NCBI GenBank assembly: GCA_964016885.1 | Contig: OZ024741.1 | Span: 182,528,001 to 182,592,000, forward strand | Length of the DNA stretch: 64,000 bases | Origin: Eledone cirrhosa | Taxonomy: Eukaryota | Reading direction: 5' to 3' | In this document: positions 1 through 12,978 of the stretch, piece after piece | Position numbering within the stretch: position 1 is the first letter of the stretch | Layout: each line of letters opens with the position of its first letter | Translations under genes and position numbers: made by a program | Notes under the pieces: model-generated | The model's database searches: none | The model's input: only the letters and a program-made list of their open reading frames with translations | Told to the model about the DNA's origin: nothing

Positions 1-1143
1 CATTGTTGACGGTGTTGCTGGTGGTCCTTGTCCCGGCGTCGCCAGCAGTGGAATCTTTCGACCCCTTGCGCTTTTCGGCAGTTGAGGGCAGAAGGCTCGC
101 AAGTGTGTCGTTTCCCCACAAAGGAAACAATGCGGCCTTTTGCCCTCAGTCATTATATGCAACACCCTCCCGTTTTGGAGGCGGATGTGGTCCGGGATTG
201 CTTTTACGTTTTCGGGTCTGATTTGGAGCAGTATCTCCAGATCAACCCCGGACCAGTCGTCCCTGGCAGTTCTCGTTGCCTCTACCGGGACTGTATCCGT
301 TCCTTCCACGATTACGCAACCCAGGAGCCACCACATATCAAGTCCTGGTGGAATCCTGGGAATGCGCACACGTGCTATTCGTTTTCCCATGTGGGAGGGG
401 TACATTATGACCTTGCTGGTTTTGCAAGGGGTCATTGAATGCTTCACAGCGAGGGCTTCAGACTTGAACAGCACCGAAACGGTGCCGTATTGCCTGCCCC
501 TCTCTATGAAGTCTGTGTCCTCTCTGATGTATTTCAGTGCGGCTTCTATATCAGCTTGGGCGATTATCGCTGCCCTCTTTGTCTCTACTGAGATGCATCT
601 GAAATGCACCGTTCTTTTTTCTACTGCCTCAATGGCTTCTGCCGGGACAGTTAAGTTTGCCCAGGTCTGCTCTTGATTTATGATTTTCCAGGCCTGGGCC
701 AACTTTTCCTTTCTGTTGGTTAAGTCGATGCTGTAGCATGGTCTCCTTTTAGCCGCTGCCACAGCAGCGAAGGTGTTCTTGTTGGTGTTGTCACTGTTGT
801 TGTTCTTGTTGGTGTTGCTGCTGCTATTGCTGTTGTTGTTCTCCCCTGTGTCGTGGTTACCCTCTGTGCTGTTGGCCTTGTTGGTGCTGTTGCTGTCGCT
901 ACTATTACTCTCTGTGCTGTTCGTTTTGTTTGTGCTCTCGCTATTACCACCTTCTGCGCTGTTCGGCTTGTTGGTGTTGGTGTTGTCGCTGTTACCACCT
1001 TCCGCGTCGCTCGGCCCGTTGGTGCTGGCACTGTCGCTGCTCACACTCGTGCTGGTGGCGCTCCTCGCCTCACCTCTCCTCTCAACGCTCAAGTCGCCGT
1101 TGCACGACAGCAGACCCGCCTCTAGGGGGCGTGGCTCCGCCAT
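1..1143 (-). CDS. LINE ORF1 protein with CCHC zinc knuckle (incomplete at window edge)
   Basis: Hand translation from ATG 1143: MAEPRPLE..., low-complexity N-terminus, ...IDLTNRKEKLAQA...MYPSHMGKR...EGKRPHCFLCGETTHLRAFCP. Aligns with IDLTAAREKLAEA / FYPSYMGRR / EGRRPACYSCMERGHVKANCP at 10270-11335. Absent from the ORF track, probably because the stop lies outside the window. Confidence 0.8.
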   Translation of the reverse strand, partial: MAEPRPLEAGLLSCNGDLSVERRGEARSATSTSVSSDSASTNGPSDAEGGNSDNTNTNKPNSAEGGNSESTNKTNSTESNSSDSNSTNKANSTEGNHDTGENNNSNSSSNTNKNNNSDNTNKNTFAAVAAAKRRPCYSIDLTNRKEKLAQAWKIINQEQTWANLTVPAEAIEAVEKRTVHFRCISVETKRAAIIAQADIEAALKYIREDTDFIERGRQYGTVSVLFKSEALAVKHSMTPCKTSKVIMYPSHMGKRIARVRIPRIPPGLDMWWLLGCVIVEGTDTVPVEATRTARDDWSGVDLEILLQIRPENVKAIPDHIRLQNGRVLHIMTEGKRPHCFLCGETTHLRAFCPQLPKSARGRKIPLLATPGQGPPATPSTM

Positions 1144-1355
1144 GTTTTTTTGAGAAAAAAAATTATTATTTTTTTCCAAAATAAAGTTCAAATATTTGGG
1201 CCAAAAGGCCCAAATATTATGAGTTATTCCTTCACAGGATACAAATGAATGTCTTATAATGCTTCAGCGGTACAAAAAATAAACAATTCTCTACAATTAA
1301 TCCTCAAAAAATTGCTTACTCACGGAGCTTCAAAAAACGTACATCCACTTTCGTC
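1..1355 (-). mobile_element. 5' part (5'UTR + ORF1) of a Tx1/L1-type non-LTR retrotransposon, running off the left edge
   Basis: Carries the ORF1 below, which is homologous to ORF1 of the element at 5951-11645. Its 5' end abuts an (AAT)n tract at 1356-1382. Confidence 0.8.
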
Positions 1356-1424
1356 AATAATAATAATAATAATAATAATAATGGAGATCATGAGGAGGAT
1401 GAGGATGAGGAGGGGGAGGGTGGA

Positions 1425-1600
1425 GGTGGAAGATTTCTACTTTAGGCACAAGGCCAATAATTTTTATGGAAAGGGAAAGTTAATTATACCAACCCTGGTA
1501 TTTTACTGGTACTTTATAGTATCGACACGTGAAGAATGAAAGGCATTTGAACTCAGAACATAAAGAACCGGAACAAAAACTGTTAAACCACCACCTTTAG
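1425..1600 (-). mobile_element. Decayed tRNA-derived SINE (family A)
   Basis: Reverse complement contains ctgagttcaaat...gcctttcat...gtcgata...aaagtaccagt...ggccttgtgcc. Confidence 0.6.
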
Positions 1601-1832
1601 TGCTACGTGTAACATATGTCTCTAATTATTTACATCCACTCAAATACCTTGTACATAGAAACATTTCACATATACAATAGCGTTGTATTTTGTACATAAC
1701 CTTGTGTGTGTGTGTGAGAGAGAGAGGGGGGGAGTGTGTGTGTGTGTGTGTGTTTATCACCTCAGGCGATCTTCCGATCGAACCAGGAAAACAAATTCAT
1801 ACTCGATGTCCCGCTCCAACATTACTGTTCAT

Positions 1833-1884
1833 ATGTTTGATAAAGCCTTCAATGTGATAAACAGGTGAAACTCCAGAGTAACAC
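1833..1884 (+). ncRNA. HHR-like motif, UUGAUAA core variant
   Basis: tgt-TTGATAA-agcct...aggt-GAAA-ctccagag-TA-aca. Stem I is short. Confidence 0.5.
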
Positions 1885-1936
1885 GACTCACTATTTACCC
1901 TTAATAAAATGAATATTAAAACTCCACATACGGATT

Positions 1937-2030
<94 letters not shown>

Positions 2031-2147
2031 TGATGGTAGCTAAGATACTTCCATAGGCGGTATGCCGGTTGAGCACTCTATGTTCTTACAGAGCAGAGTA
2101 TGATATAATATAAAACAGTGAAAGAATTTGCTCCGAAATCATTAGAC

Positions 2148-2235
2148 GTGTCCGTCGAACCTGCGGATCCAGAATCAGACAGATCCACACAATGATCTTG
2201 TCTCGAGCTGTCCGCCGGCGAAACAATTGTAACAC
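2148..2235 (+). ncRNA. Degenerate HHR-like motif
   Basis: gtgt-CCGTCGA-acctgcgga...tccgccggc-GAAA-caattg-TA-acac, then aataaa. Same 3' half as the motif at 55160. Confidence 0.45.
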
Positions 2236-2271
2236 ACAATAAATTGAGTTCAGATGCATCACTGATTTTTC

Positions 2272-2414
<143 letters not shown>

Positions 2415-3681
2415 TTTAGTACAGCATAGACGAAGCTCTAGTATACGGCCAAGCTAGCGTGTATGTTTATTCGGTTTGTAGCTTTAGCACTCATATGAGT
2501 ATAACATTATGTTCAGACAGCTTAGCAAATTAGATATAGCAGTCGGCAGTCCGACCGCATCACTAGAGCAACGAAAATACAGGACCCAGGTAAAGATTTT
2601 TTACTGACCTGGACATAACGCTGAGGCTGGGTGTAAAATATACAATCCACATGGTGTTTCCACAATATTGATCGCAAAATCGCACGCAGCGACAGCGCTA
2701 AGTTTCTGCAAATCCATGATCGACAAATTCCTATTGCAGAAGTCTGCAATATAATGGTTTTTGACGACAGAACATAGGATTTACTTCTTCAGCAAGTCTT
2801 TCGTTCTTAGCCAAAGCGGGTATATATATAAACAGTGTTTTTCTCGACGATCTAGTTGGAGTGTATTAGAATGTGTAGAATAATGAGAACTCTACGCAAG
2901 GAAGCTGTTAAAATAGCAAAATGCCGTCAATGACAGCGTCAGGTAAAATTTACCTCAAAGGACAGAAATCAGCGCCTAGAAGTGTATTGGCTCGCAGAAC
3001 TGATAGGAAGAACACACAAACATCTTTTTACCTCATCAGCTGTGACCGACTGTGGTTTCACACTATTTAACTTAAGCGTACCACTGTCCTTTGAAGTAAA
3101 TTTTACTCGACGCTGTCAGATTCTAATACACTCACGCTCCAACTCGATCTTTGAGAAAACTTTGTTTATACTTTTTATCACAGTTATATAAGTTTTCTAT
3201 TTTAGACGGATACCATGGCCTGAGGTTCGTTGGCTATTTCTTTCCCTCTTCCCTTTCCCCTATATATAGAGTGTACTTATCGCTTAAACCAGACTTATAT
3301 TATATTTTTTACGCGAAAATATTTGCGAGATATTTATAACACATTTCTGTATTTTGACTTTAAATTAAATTCCTATTGTTAATCTTTCTCCTAAAGAGGA
3401 GCACTCAAATCTAAAAGTTAACACGTTGAAAAACGTTATTTTTAAGTTTGATGTTTCCTCTGCTTACAATAATTTATAATTCTACAACACTCCGTATTTA
3501 CCGTCATGTATGGAGTCCCGTATATACTGAAATGAAGATGTGACCTGGAGAATCCTTATTTCATATTCGGAGAGAATATACTGCATATATACATAAACCC
3601 TCTTCCTGCTATTTCAAGCGTTAACCTAATATATTCCTTCCATATACTGTACCGATTGTGTTGTTATTTCTGTTTACCTTT

Positions 3682-3737
<56 letters not shown>

Positions 3738-3848
3738 TGTAACTAAAAAGCTCTGTAGCCTACATAGAGCACTTTAATTTCCTTTACCTTTCCTACGGAA
3801 ATACTTCATATATATATATATATTAGAATTGGTGCTCTGAAATAGTGA

Positions 3849-4130
3849 TATATATATGAATGTATATATATAGTGTATTTTGCAATACACTGTATGCTTA
3901 ATTAAAAGCATTTCGAAGACCTTACGCTATTCAAACAGGCGGAGTACTTAGCTTTGATAAGCACCAAAAAGTGCGAAACAGAGCTCTGTCAGCTTTATCT
4001 CCCCTGTTTGCTGAAAAGTAAAGGAAGTGAGACTGTCACTACTCTAAAACAATAGCTTAAGGTCTTCGAAATGCTTTTAATTAAGCATACAGTGTATTGC
4101 AAAATACACTATATATACATTCATATATAT
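3849..4130. mobile_element. Short fold-back element in (TA)n with an HHR in the spacer
   Basis: About 80-bp inverted arms at 3849-3931 and 4051-4130. Confidence 0.75.
3950..3994 (+). ncRNA. Type I HHR with U3-A8 covariant core
   Basis: agct-TTGATAA-gcac caaaaa gtgc-GAAA-cag agct ctg-TC-agct. All three stems form, plus an outer stem caaacagg/cctgtttg. Confidence 0.75.
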
Positions 4131-4147
4131 ATATATATATATATATA

Positions 4148-4388
4148 TTGTTATGCTTTGGGAGGGTCATGTTGCCAATAAGAAACACGCACCAGTTGCT
4201 TTCACTCCAATTTATTATAAATTAAATTTATAAGTTTAAGAATTTATAAATTTAATTTATAATAAATTGGAGTGAAAGCAACTGGTGCATGTGTTTCTTA
4301 TTAGCAACATGACCCTCCCAAAGCATAACAATATCAGTTTCAACACACGTTTTCAGATAAAGAATCTTGCTAAACAAATTCAGAAACG
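4148..4388. mobile_element. Fold-back element related to the 3' end of the Penelope at 39681-43635
   Basis: About 90-bp inverted arms ending atgaccctcccaaagcataacaat (compare 43611-43635). The right arm has a ~55-nt extension. (TA)n on both flanks. Confidence 0.7.
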
Positions 4389-4411
4389 ATATATATATGT
4401 ATATATATATA

Positions 4412-4680
4412 AGTAGAAGGGGTATTTAATTTGTTGGAAGTCCGACAAATATAAATGTTTATAACTGATTTAGAGCACTCAACAGTTAAATTGGAGTAAA
4501 TATTTAATGATATTAAATATATGGAAACTATATTTATAAAACCATATTTATTTTATTATATATATTTCAAGGGTATCAAGACACATTGATACGCTTTCAT
4601 CAGATAAAATACAAAGTTTGTTTTATAAATAGAGACATACCCATGAAAATCATACCTTATCGGTTGGATATTCACTGGAT

Positions 4681-4685
<5 letters not shown>
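4412..4685 (-). mobile_element. (TA)n-flanked PLE-type terminal fragment with a minimal HHR (4551-4609)
   Basis: Minus strand: ttttat-CTGATGA-aagcgtatcaa...ttgataccctt-GAAA-tatata-TA-ataaaa. Relatives at 20192-20550, 32417-32600 and 53030-53395. Confidence 0.7.
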
Positions 4686-4765
<80 letters not shown>

Positions 4766-5329
4766 GGATATATATATATATATCGATGTATATGCGTGTG
4801 TATGCATATATTTATTATTTCAATATATATAACTTGTCTTTGTATTATAATGTCTTGTTATATATATATATTGTATATATATATATGTGTGTGTGGGGGC
4901 GGAGGGTGTATATATATATATATATGCGTGCGTTTATGTGTGCACACGTATTTGTGCACAAGTATATGTGTGGGCACTTTTATGTGTGCATGTCTGTCAT
5001 TTAATACCCAAAACATCTGAGCAAGTAATTAATTATACGTAACAACACACACATGCGCACATACACATACATATACTAACATATAAAGCGACAAGTAACC
5101 AACACACACATACACAAATTCATTAAAACTACGCTACAATATGGCTGAAAAGTGAAAACGTACGCCATGTTTAGTTTGTTTGTTTTGTTTTTTGTTTTGT
5201 TTGTTTTTTTCCCAGCTTTACTACAGCTCAGCTCTTTTGTGTCTGAAGGCAATTATGTCGTCTTAAGTTTCAATCGCCTTATTTTGCCATTGGCTGATGT
5301 CAGCTTCTGTCATCTGTCTTTTACATCTG

Positions 5330-5632
5330 CCTTCTTCTTCTTCTTCTTCTTCTTCTTCTCCTCCTCCTCCTCCTCCTCCTCCTCCTTCTTCTTCTTCTTC
5401 TTCTTCTTTCACTACTACTACTAAAACTACTAAAACTACTACTACTACTAAAACTACTACTACTACTACTAAAACTACTACTACTACTACTACTACGACT
5501 ACTACTAAAACTACTACTACTACTACTACTATTACTACTACTACTACTACTACTACTAAAACTACTACTACTACCACTAAAACTACTACTAACTACTTCA
5601 ACTAATACTATTAATACAACTAGAGGTAGTAG

Positions 5633-5672
<40 letters not shown>

Positions 5673-5685
5673 GCTGCTACTGCTG

Positions 5686-5733
<48 letters not shown>

Positions 5734-5785
5734 CTGCTGCTGCTGCTCCTACTACTACTTCTATTTCTACTACTACTCCTACTAA
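5330..5785. repeat. Compound trinucleotide microsatellite (CTT)n(CCT)n(CTA)n
   Basis: Directly visible. Confidence 0.95.
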
Positions 5786-6182
5786 ACCCTTCTAGTTCTT
5801 TTTCTGCTTTTATTCTTTTCTTTCTATTTTCTTCGTCTTGTATTTTTCTTCTTTTTCCTCTTTCTTTTTTATCTATTTGCTATCTTTTTCTTAATCATAT
5901 ACTTTAATATATATATATATATATAAAAGTATGTGATAGATAGATAGATACATTTCCTTATTTGCCACTAGGGCACAAGAGAAAGGGACAAATACACAGG
6001 GGGGAGTTTACATAAATGCGAGTAAAGAAAAAGGCATAACAATAAGAATAATATAATAATAAAAAGTCCTCAAAAGGGAGGGGGCGTGTTGGGGATTGCA
6101 CATACCCCCGAAAAGTGTGCAACCCTTTTCGCGGGGGAAGCCCAGAGAGGAGGCGCTCCCCCTTTCCTCTTCACTTCTTCAC

Positions 6183-9100
6183 CTACAGAACAATGTAGAG
6201 AGAAGGCCCATTTACACGAGCCATTCTCGCTTCTTTCACCCACCTTTCATAAAACTGTCTGGGGCCAAGCACTTCTCTCTCCATCCTGATCCTTCTTCCG
6301 AAGTGGTATTGGAAGAAGTAAACCAGGTGTTGGCCGGAGAGAAAGTCACCCGACCTCAGACCTTTCAGGCGCGTCCACCACACAACCTCTTTCATCATGG
6401 CTATTACGCACAGAAAGACCGCCTCTGCTTCATTTTTGAAGGGAGGAGGCGGCTTGATGTTCACCACAGACTCGGCGGCCAATCGAATCGGCGCCACACG
6501 CGACAGCAGTCGTTCGACGTAGTCCCACAGATCGGCAACGCCCGGGCAGTGTACTAGTGCGTGCGCAACGGTTCCCTCGTCGCGCACGCATCTGGGACAG
6601 AACTTTTTCGCGGGATCCCTGCCCGGGCGCCCGTGTCTGTAGAGCTTTTCTCGAACGGGCAGAGCCCCCGGTAGCACTGCCAGGCTAGGGACCTCCGAAA
6701 GTTCTACCGAACAGGCTGACCAGTTCGTCCTCCTCCATGCCTAGCGACTCTCCAAGGGTGTCGTCGCCCCTGCTAGCCACCAGCCCTCTATAGAATGTCG
6801 AGGTGGATTCTCCACTGATAGTCGGGTCCGCTTGCCAGAGAGCCGTGAGCGCCTGGGCACACTCGGTGTGCCAGTTGCCCAGTTTTCTCGGTCTTTGCTT
6901 CACCCAGGATTGCAGCTCGGTGAGCGAGACGAGCTGTGGGAAGGCTCGCCTCACAAACGGGGCCCACACCGGCTGACCGGTGAGGAATACCTGTAGATGA
7001 CGTAGCCTCAATGTGTGCCTACGCATCAACAGCCACGGTATACCCAGCCCTCCTTTCGAAGGGTGCTGGCAGCAGATGGATCTCCTGACCATGGGAGGCC
7101 GCTTCATCCAGAGAAACTGGAAGAGCATGCGCTCCATGATGGTGAGCGTTTCCTTGGGGCAAGGCACGACGGTCAGGCGGTAGTAGATGACGGACGCTAT
7201 GTAAGCGTTCGTCACCTCCGCCCGACCTTTCAGTGATAGTTTGCACTTGGCCCACTTCTGGGTCAATGCAAACACCCTGCTCGTCACCTCGCCCCAATTC
7301 TTCTCCACCTGGAGGTCCGGTCCGAACCAGACCCCGAGCAGCTTCACCGGGCCCTCCGTCCACCGCCCGACGACACTGTCTAACGGCATCGGTTTTCCCC
7401 TCCACGTTCCGAGTTGCAAACCGACTGACTTGTCCCGGTTCAGCCTAGCCCCCGTCAGCCTTTCGTATTCCTCCAGTAGGGTGGCGATCGCCCCGATTTC
7501 CGAGGCGTCCGCCACCTTTACTGTTACGTCGTCGGCATAGGCCGAGACCGCTTTGTGCAATCCCGGTTCCAGGGGTATGCCCCGCAGCAACTCCAACTTC
7601 CGCAGCAGTGGCTCGAGAGCCAATACGTACAGAAGGGAGGAGAGAGGGCACCCCTGCCTGATGGACCGGGTGATTTGAAACGGCTCCGAGAGGTAGCCGT
7701 TTCTTTAACCCTAGAGCAGACGTTGCCACTGTGCATGGCAGAAATCCAGCCCCTGAAAACGGTCCGAAGCCCGCCGTCGCTAGCACCGCATCCAGGTAAC
7801 CATGGTCGACCCTATCGAGTGCCTTAGATTGATCCAAGTTGATCAGGGCCCTACCAAAGCCGGGTTCGTTCCCAACCCTCTCTACGATGTATCGCATGAG
7901 GTGGAGGTTGTCGTGAATGGATCTGGACGGGATAGCGCATGTCTGCGCGTCTCCCACCAAACCACCCACCACAAGCGCCAACCTCTTCGCCAACACCTTG
8001 GCCAAAATCTGTAACTCTGCATTCAGCAGAGTTATGGGCCTAAAGTTACTTAAGTCGTCCCCCTTGCTCTCGTCCTTCCTCACTAGCGTGACTACGCCCT
8101 TGGTCACAGAACAGGGAATTCTCTCGTTCTGTTGCCAGTTGCAATAGACAGCCTCGAGGAGTTCGCAGAACAAGACTGGCATAGCTAAATAAAGTTCGTA
8201 TGGTAGACCATCGAGACCCGGAGATTTGCGTCTGCTGCATTGGCTGAGCGCTTCACCGATTTCAGTGGCTGTGATTGGCCTTTCGCAGCACTCCGCTTCG
8301 CCGCTCGAAAGACGCGGTAGACCGTTGAGGTATGGACCGAAGTCTACATCCCCGTCCGGCCCCCTGCCCCCTCCGAACAATCGAGCAAAGTGCCTTTGAA
8401 AGGCCTCGCACATTCGCTCAGGTTCAAGGATCACCCGTCCATCCTGGTCTCGCAAAGACCGAATGGTGAATTTAATCCCACTCTTGGCTTCTGTCACGCG
8501 GGCCCAGCTAACAGCTTTGGTCCCCTCGTTTCCTAAAGCACGTATTTTACTTCGGACAACGCAGCCTTCGTGCTTCGCGTCAAAGAACTGACTCAACGCC
8601 GTTCTCGACGCTAACACTCTGGCCACGTCTCCGCTCCTAATCGCCTCTTCTAGTTTATCTGTTAACTCCCTTTCCCTCCTATTTCTATTCGTCGCTAGTT
8701 CCTTACTGTAACCTATCGAACTTACTTTAATCTCTCTCTTTAGAGATACCCACCACCTGCTGTTGACGATCGCTCCCGTCAACCGCATCTTAACTAAGCT
8801 ACTAATCCGGTTCCTGTAAGCTTCCTTTGCCGGCAAGGACAAGTTCATCTTCCAGTAACCGGGACCCTGTCTATGCGTTCTATCAAGGTTGACCACGCAG
8901 GTCACTAATTTGTGATCTGAATAGCCAACCATGAGCAATTCTGGACAACTAAATACGTCCCTATCCTTACTCCTAACCAAAAACCTATCTAGGTACGATC
9001 TAGATTGACCACTGCGGTTTGCCCAGGTCCAGGTTGGCACAGTTGGAAAATCTAGTCGAAATATATCGACCAGGTCGAATCGATGGAGTAACCCTTGAGG

Positions 9101-9582
9101 CTGCTACACCCCCCTCTATCGGGACATGCCCCTGCATAGTCCCAACGCGCATCTAGGATTCCATTCCAGTCCCCCACTAAAAGCAGGGAACGCGACGTTC
9201 CTAGAAAAGTCTCCAGACGCTGGAAGAAGTCGGCTCTTTCAGCCCCGAAGGGGGCATAAAGACCGACCAGTCTAAAAGCCCCGCCTTCACCGCCTCCGAC
9301 GTCCAGCACCAGTAATCGACCCCCCGGGTCTGAGGGAACAATCTGTACGTCGAGAGCCAGACGTTTATCCAGCAGTACTGCAACCCCACCCCCGCCTCCG
9401 GGTTGACAGAGAGATGCGTGCATCTCAAAGTCATCGAAGGCGGGAGCCAGCTGTCGCACGCTGCTGATCCGACTCTCGCAAACAACCATCACATCTATAC
9501 TTCGTGACCTGAGGTCACTTAGAAGCTTTGCTTGCTTCCAAGCTGAGCCCAGGCCACGCGCATTCAAACAGCCAACTCTCAA
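6183..9582 (-). pseudogene. ORF2: APE endonuclease + reverse transcriptase + C-terminal CCHC, broken by at least three frameshifts
   Basis: LNARGL, VGLYAP, VGDWNG, SYLDRF, SDHK (APE); KSPGLDGL, NFRPITLLN, LDQSKALDRVDH, QGCPLSP-like, AYADDV (RT); CPRC...HALVHC. Confidence 0.92.
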
Positions 9583-9587
9583 TTGAT

Positions 9588-11444
9588 CTATTTTGGTGTT
9601 GAAAGTGAAGAAAGAAAAGCACCTACCTCTCCGGGTTGTGTAATTTCCATGGGGTCGGGTGTGTTGGGTGGAGGGATGTTTGTGGTGGTGTGGGGGTATC
9701 CGAGTGTGGTGGGGTTGGGGTATTTGGAGTTGTGTCAGGGAGAGGGGAGGTTATGGGGAAATCTTTCAAGAGGACGCGATTTAACGGTTTTAAACAGGGG
9801 GGGGCTCACGTCCTGTTTAAATTGTTCTTTTAAGGAACGATAAAGGTCCAGAGGGACCTTTATCATTTTTAAATGGGTGAAGTTCTCTGTTGAGATAAAG
9901 TTTGGCCCTTCGGTCTGCACCAAAGGGCTATTGTTTATTAATTTAAACAGTTTTTTCTTTTCTTTATTTATATATGTGTATTGCAAAGTCTTTTTTTGTG
10001 ATGCTGTTAATGTTTCGAAGAGGGGAGGCGCAGATTTATTTTTGTTTGTCGAGGGTGGGGTGTTTTTGATTGGAGTTGGTGTTTGTGTGTGGGTTATTTG
10101 TTGTTGTGGTGTGCTGGGTGTGTGCTTTCGTTTTTTTCTTTTAACTTGTCTGAAGGCTTCTCCTCCTTCTTCTTCAGAAGTTGGGGGAAACTCTTCAGCG
10201 CTAGGTGGGAGGAACGTGGTGTCTGGTTGTTTTTTTTTTTGCGGGAGGGGTAGATTTGTTGCTGTTTTTTTAATTATTAGTTTGGAATGTGTTTTGTGGT
10301 GGTGGTGGTGGTGATGTTTGTGTCGTGCTTGTGGTTGGTGATGGTGGTGGTGATGTTTGTGTTGTGGTTGGTGATGGTGGTGGTGATTTTTGTGTCGTGC
10401 TTGTGTTTGGTGCTGGTGGTGGTGATGTTTGTGTTGTGCTTGTGGTTGGTGGTGTCTGTATTTTGTTTGCTGTGTGTGGTATTAGTGTATTTTTGGAGGT
10501 GGGTGGTGTTGGTGTACTGTTTGTGGTGGGTGTGGGCAATAGTCCTTTTTGGGGGATACGATTCGGGCAGTTAGCCTTAACGTGTCCCCTTTCCATGCAT
10601 GAATAGCATGCTGGTCTTCTCCCCTCTACAATTATATATATTGGGGTGAGGTCATCCAGCCAGATGCGATCCGGGATTTGCGCTATTCTTTCGGGCCTCA
10701 TTTGGACTAGTAGGTCGAGGCCCATTCCCAGGAAAGCATCTCCAGATGCCTTCCCCATTGACAGCACTGTGTCCTCGCCCATGTCTATGAAGCCAGCAAT
10801 AGCCCACCAGAAGTCCATTATGAGCAACATTGTCTGTATTTTGACTCTCTGAGTTCTTCTACCCATGTAGGAGGGATAGAAACTGTATGCTGTTGTTGAG
10901 AGTGGGCTTAGGGAAAGCCTCTGTGCTGTTTCCTTGTCTTTTGTTAAAACAGAAATGCTGCCATAGAGTCGGTCCTTTCGTATGAAGAGAATATTCTTCA
11001 TATAGTCTTTTAGGACCAACTCTATCTCCATTTGGCTGGGCTGTGCTGGCTTTCTCGTGTGGTTTAGAATTGTTCTAAACAGAACAGTGTTTTCTAGTCT
11101 CGTTTTCTTGAATTCTGGGGGGGGGGGAATTAATGGAAAACATTCCGTTCTCCCCCAAGACTATGTGCTTTTTTGCCTCTGCCAGTTTTTCTCTGGCGGC
11201 AGTCAAGTCAATAGGTGTATATATTATAGATTTTGTTGTTGTCTGGGCGAAAGTTGCCTTGTTGTTTTTTGTATTCTTATTTTCTGTTTGTTTGTTTTCC
11301 GTTTGCTCATTTTCCGTAACATTTGTTTTTTTCATTTTCCTTGTTTGTTTCGTTGTCTAGTTTTGTTGTATCCATTTTTTGTTCTTCAGACTTGGGGGGC
11401 GTGGCAGAGCTAATGGCAGACATGTCTGCCATCTTTCCCGCCAT
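9588..11444 (-). pseudogene. ORF1 with CCHC knuckle and Thr/Pro-rich repeats, frameshifted at homopolymers
   Basis: ORF pieces 11075-11335, 10270-11031 (CYSCMERGHVKANC) and 9735-9986. Candidate ATG at 11444. Confidence 0.8.
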
Positions 11445-11662
11445 GCGTCCAAGAAAGAAGTTTTACAGAAAAATAGTTATTTATTTTACCCCCTAAAATA
11501 GGGGTAAATGTAAAAAATGTTTCCCTAAATAACAGGGGTAAGTGTTCCAAATGTGTTGCACTGAAAAAATTCACTGGTACTTACTATAGTTAGGGTAAAT
11601 TCCGATAGAATAGCAGAGCCGATGTGAAGCGTGTCTCACTCTATCAAGATAGATAGACAGAC

Positions 11663-11741
<79 letters not shown>

Positions 11742-11895
11742 TACAACAGTGCATAGACATGTACTCAAGTTTCGTTGGGTTCTGGGCCCCAATTTCTTCA
11801 GCCTTTCATTAGAAAAATGAAAGACAAATGCCCAAACTCGTCCTATGGACTGAGTGCTCTTACTCTTGGATATTTCCACTTAACTTTTATTTCAG

Positions 11896-11990
<95 letters not shown>

Positions 11991-12256
11991 GTGTGGTTGC
12001 CAAAAACATATATATATATATATATATGTCTTTCTCTAGTTTGTGTATATGTAAATCTTTATATCTGATAATCTCCCATATGGTTGAGATGCAATTTAGG
12101 CAATATTAGGCTGCGCTTTCTAGCAACCAGCCCACTCGCCGTAGGGCACCAATCACATTCTTTCTGACTTGACCACTGCCACGTCACAATTCTTAGCCAT
12201 TTTGAATTCGTTTCTGGCGGGGATCATTTAAGAAAAATCTTCGTCCAAGTGAGTTT

Positions 12257-12338
12257 GTTTCCTGATGATTTCGAAGCTCGTGAATTTATCCTTGATCGGA
12301 TATTTCCGAGGGCGAATGAAACCCGATGGGGTAGAAAC
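12257..12338 (+). ncRNA. Type I HHR
   Basis: gtttc-CTGATGA-tttcg...cgaat-GAAA-ccc gatg ggg-TA-gaaac. Canonical core with a GUA cleavage triplet. Confidence 0.75.
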
Positions 12339-12629
12339 GTAATTTTGGTATGTTTATATACATTTTTTCTTCTAACTTTGATTTTATACCTAATTGTGTA
12401 TGGTTGACGATATATTTAATCGATTCCCACGTGCTATTGGAAATGCTGGGTAAATATTCTATAGCTGTTGATCACGAATAGATAGTTGTCGTTTATTTAT
12501 CTATTATTTCTTCATAGGTGTCTTTTAATCTTATAGCCTGGTTTAATTGGTTTTTTGTGTGGTTGATTATGCTGATTGGGAGAGGAAATGGTGTATATAT
12601 GTTATCAAATGATTCTATGGACATACTTT

Positions 12630-12692
<63 letters not shown>

Positions 12693-12978
12693 CACACACA
12701 TATATATATATGTGTGTGTGTATGTTTGTGTATGTATGTATCTGTGTATGTATATTTGCATGAATGTATGCATGCATGTGTAAGAAAACCTCGTTAAACT
12801 GAACTCCGTTTGAACCAAATATCGGATAAACCGGGCGGAATCTGATATACTAGAGTAACTATCTGGTAACTTCTGCCCCCATCTTTGAGTGACAGCGTTT
12901 TGGGGTGTGTATTGTATGTGTGTTACGTGAATGGGGTGTGTGTATTCTGTGTTTTAGATAAATTATTCATTAATACTT

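Larger units (their letters stand above)
5951..11645 (-). mobile_element. Full-length, frameshifted Tx1/L1-type LINE inserted in (GATA)n
   Basis: 5'UTR, ORF1, ORF2 (APE-RT-CCHC) and short 3'UTR. (GATA)n on both flanks (5935-5950 and 11648-11738). Confidence 0.92.

Noticed and set aside
6086-10852. Plus-strand ORFs overlapping the LINE (and 3-1184)
   Set aside because: Antisense shadows of GC-rich LINE coding sequence.
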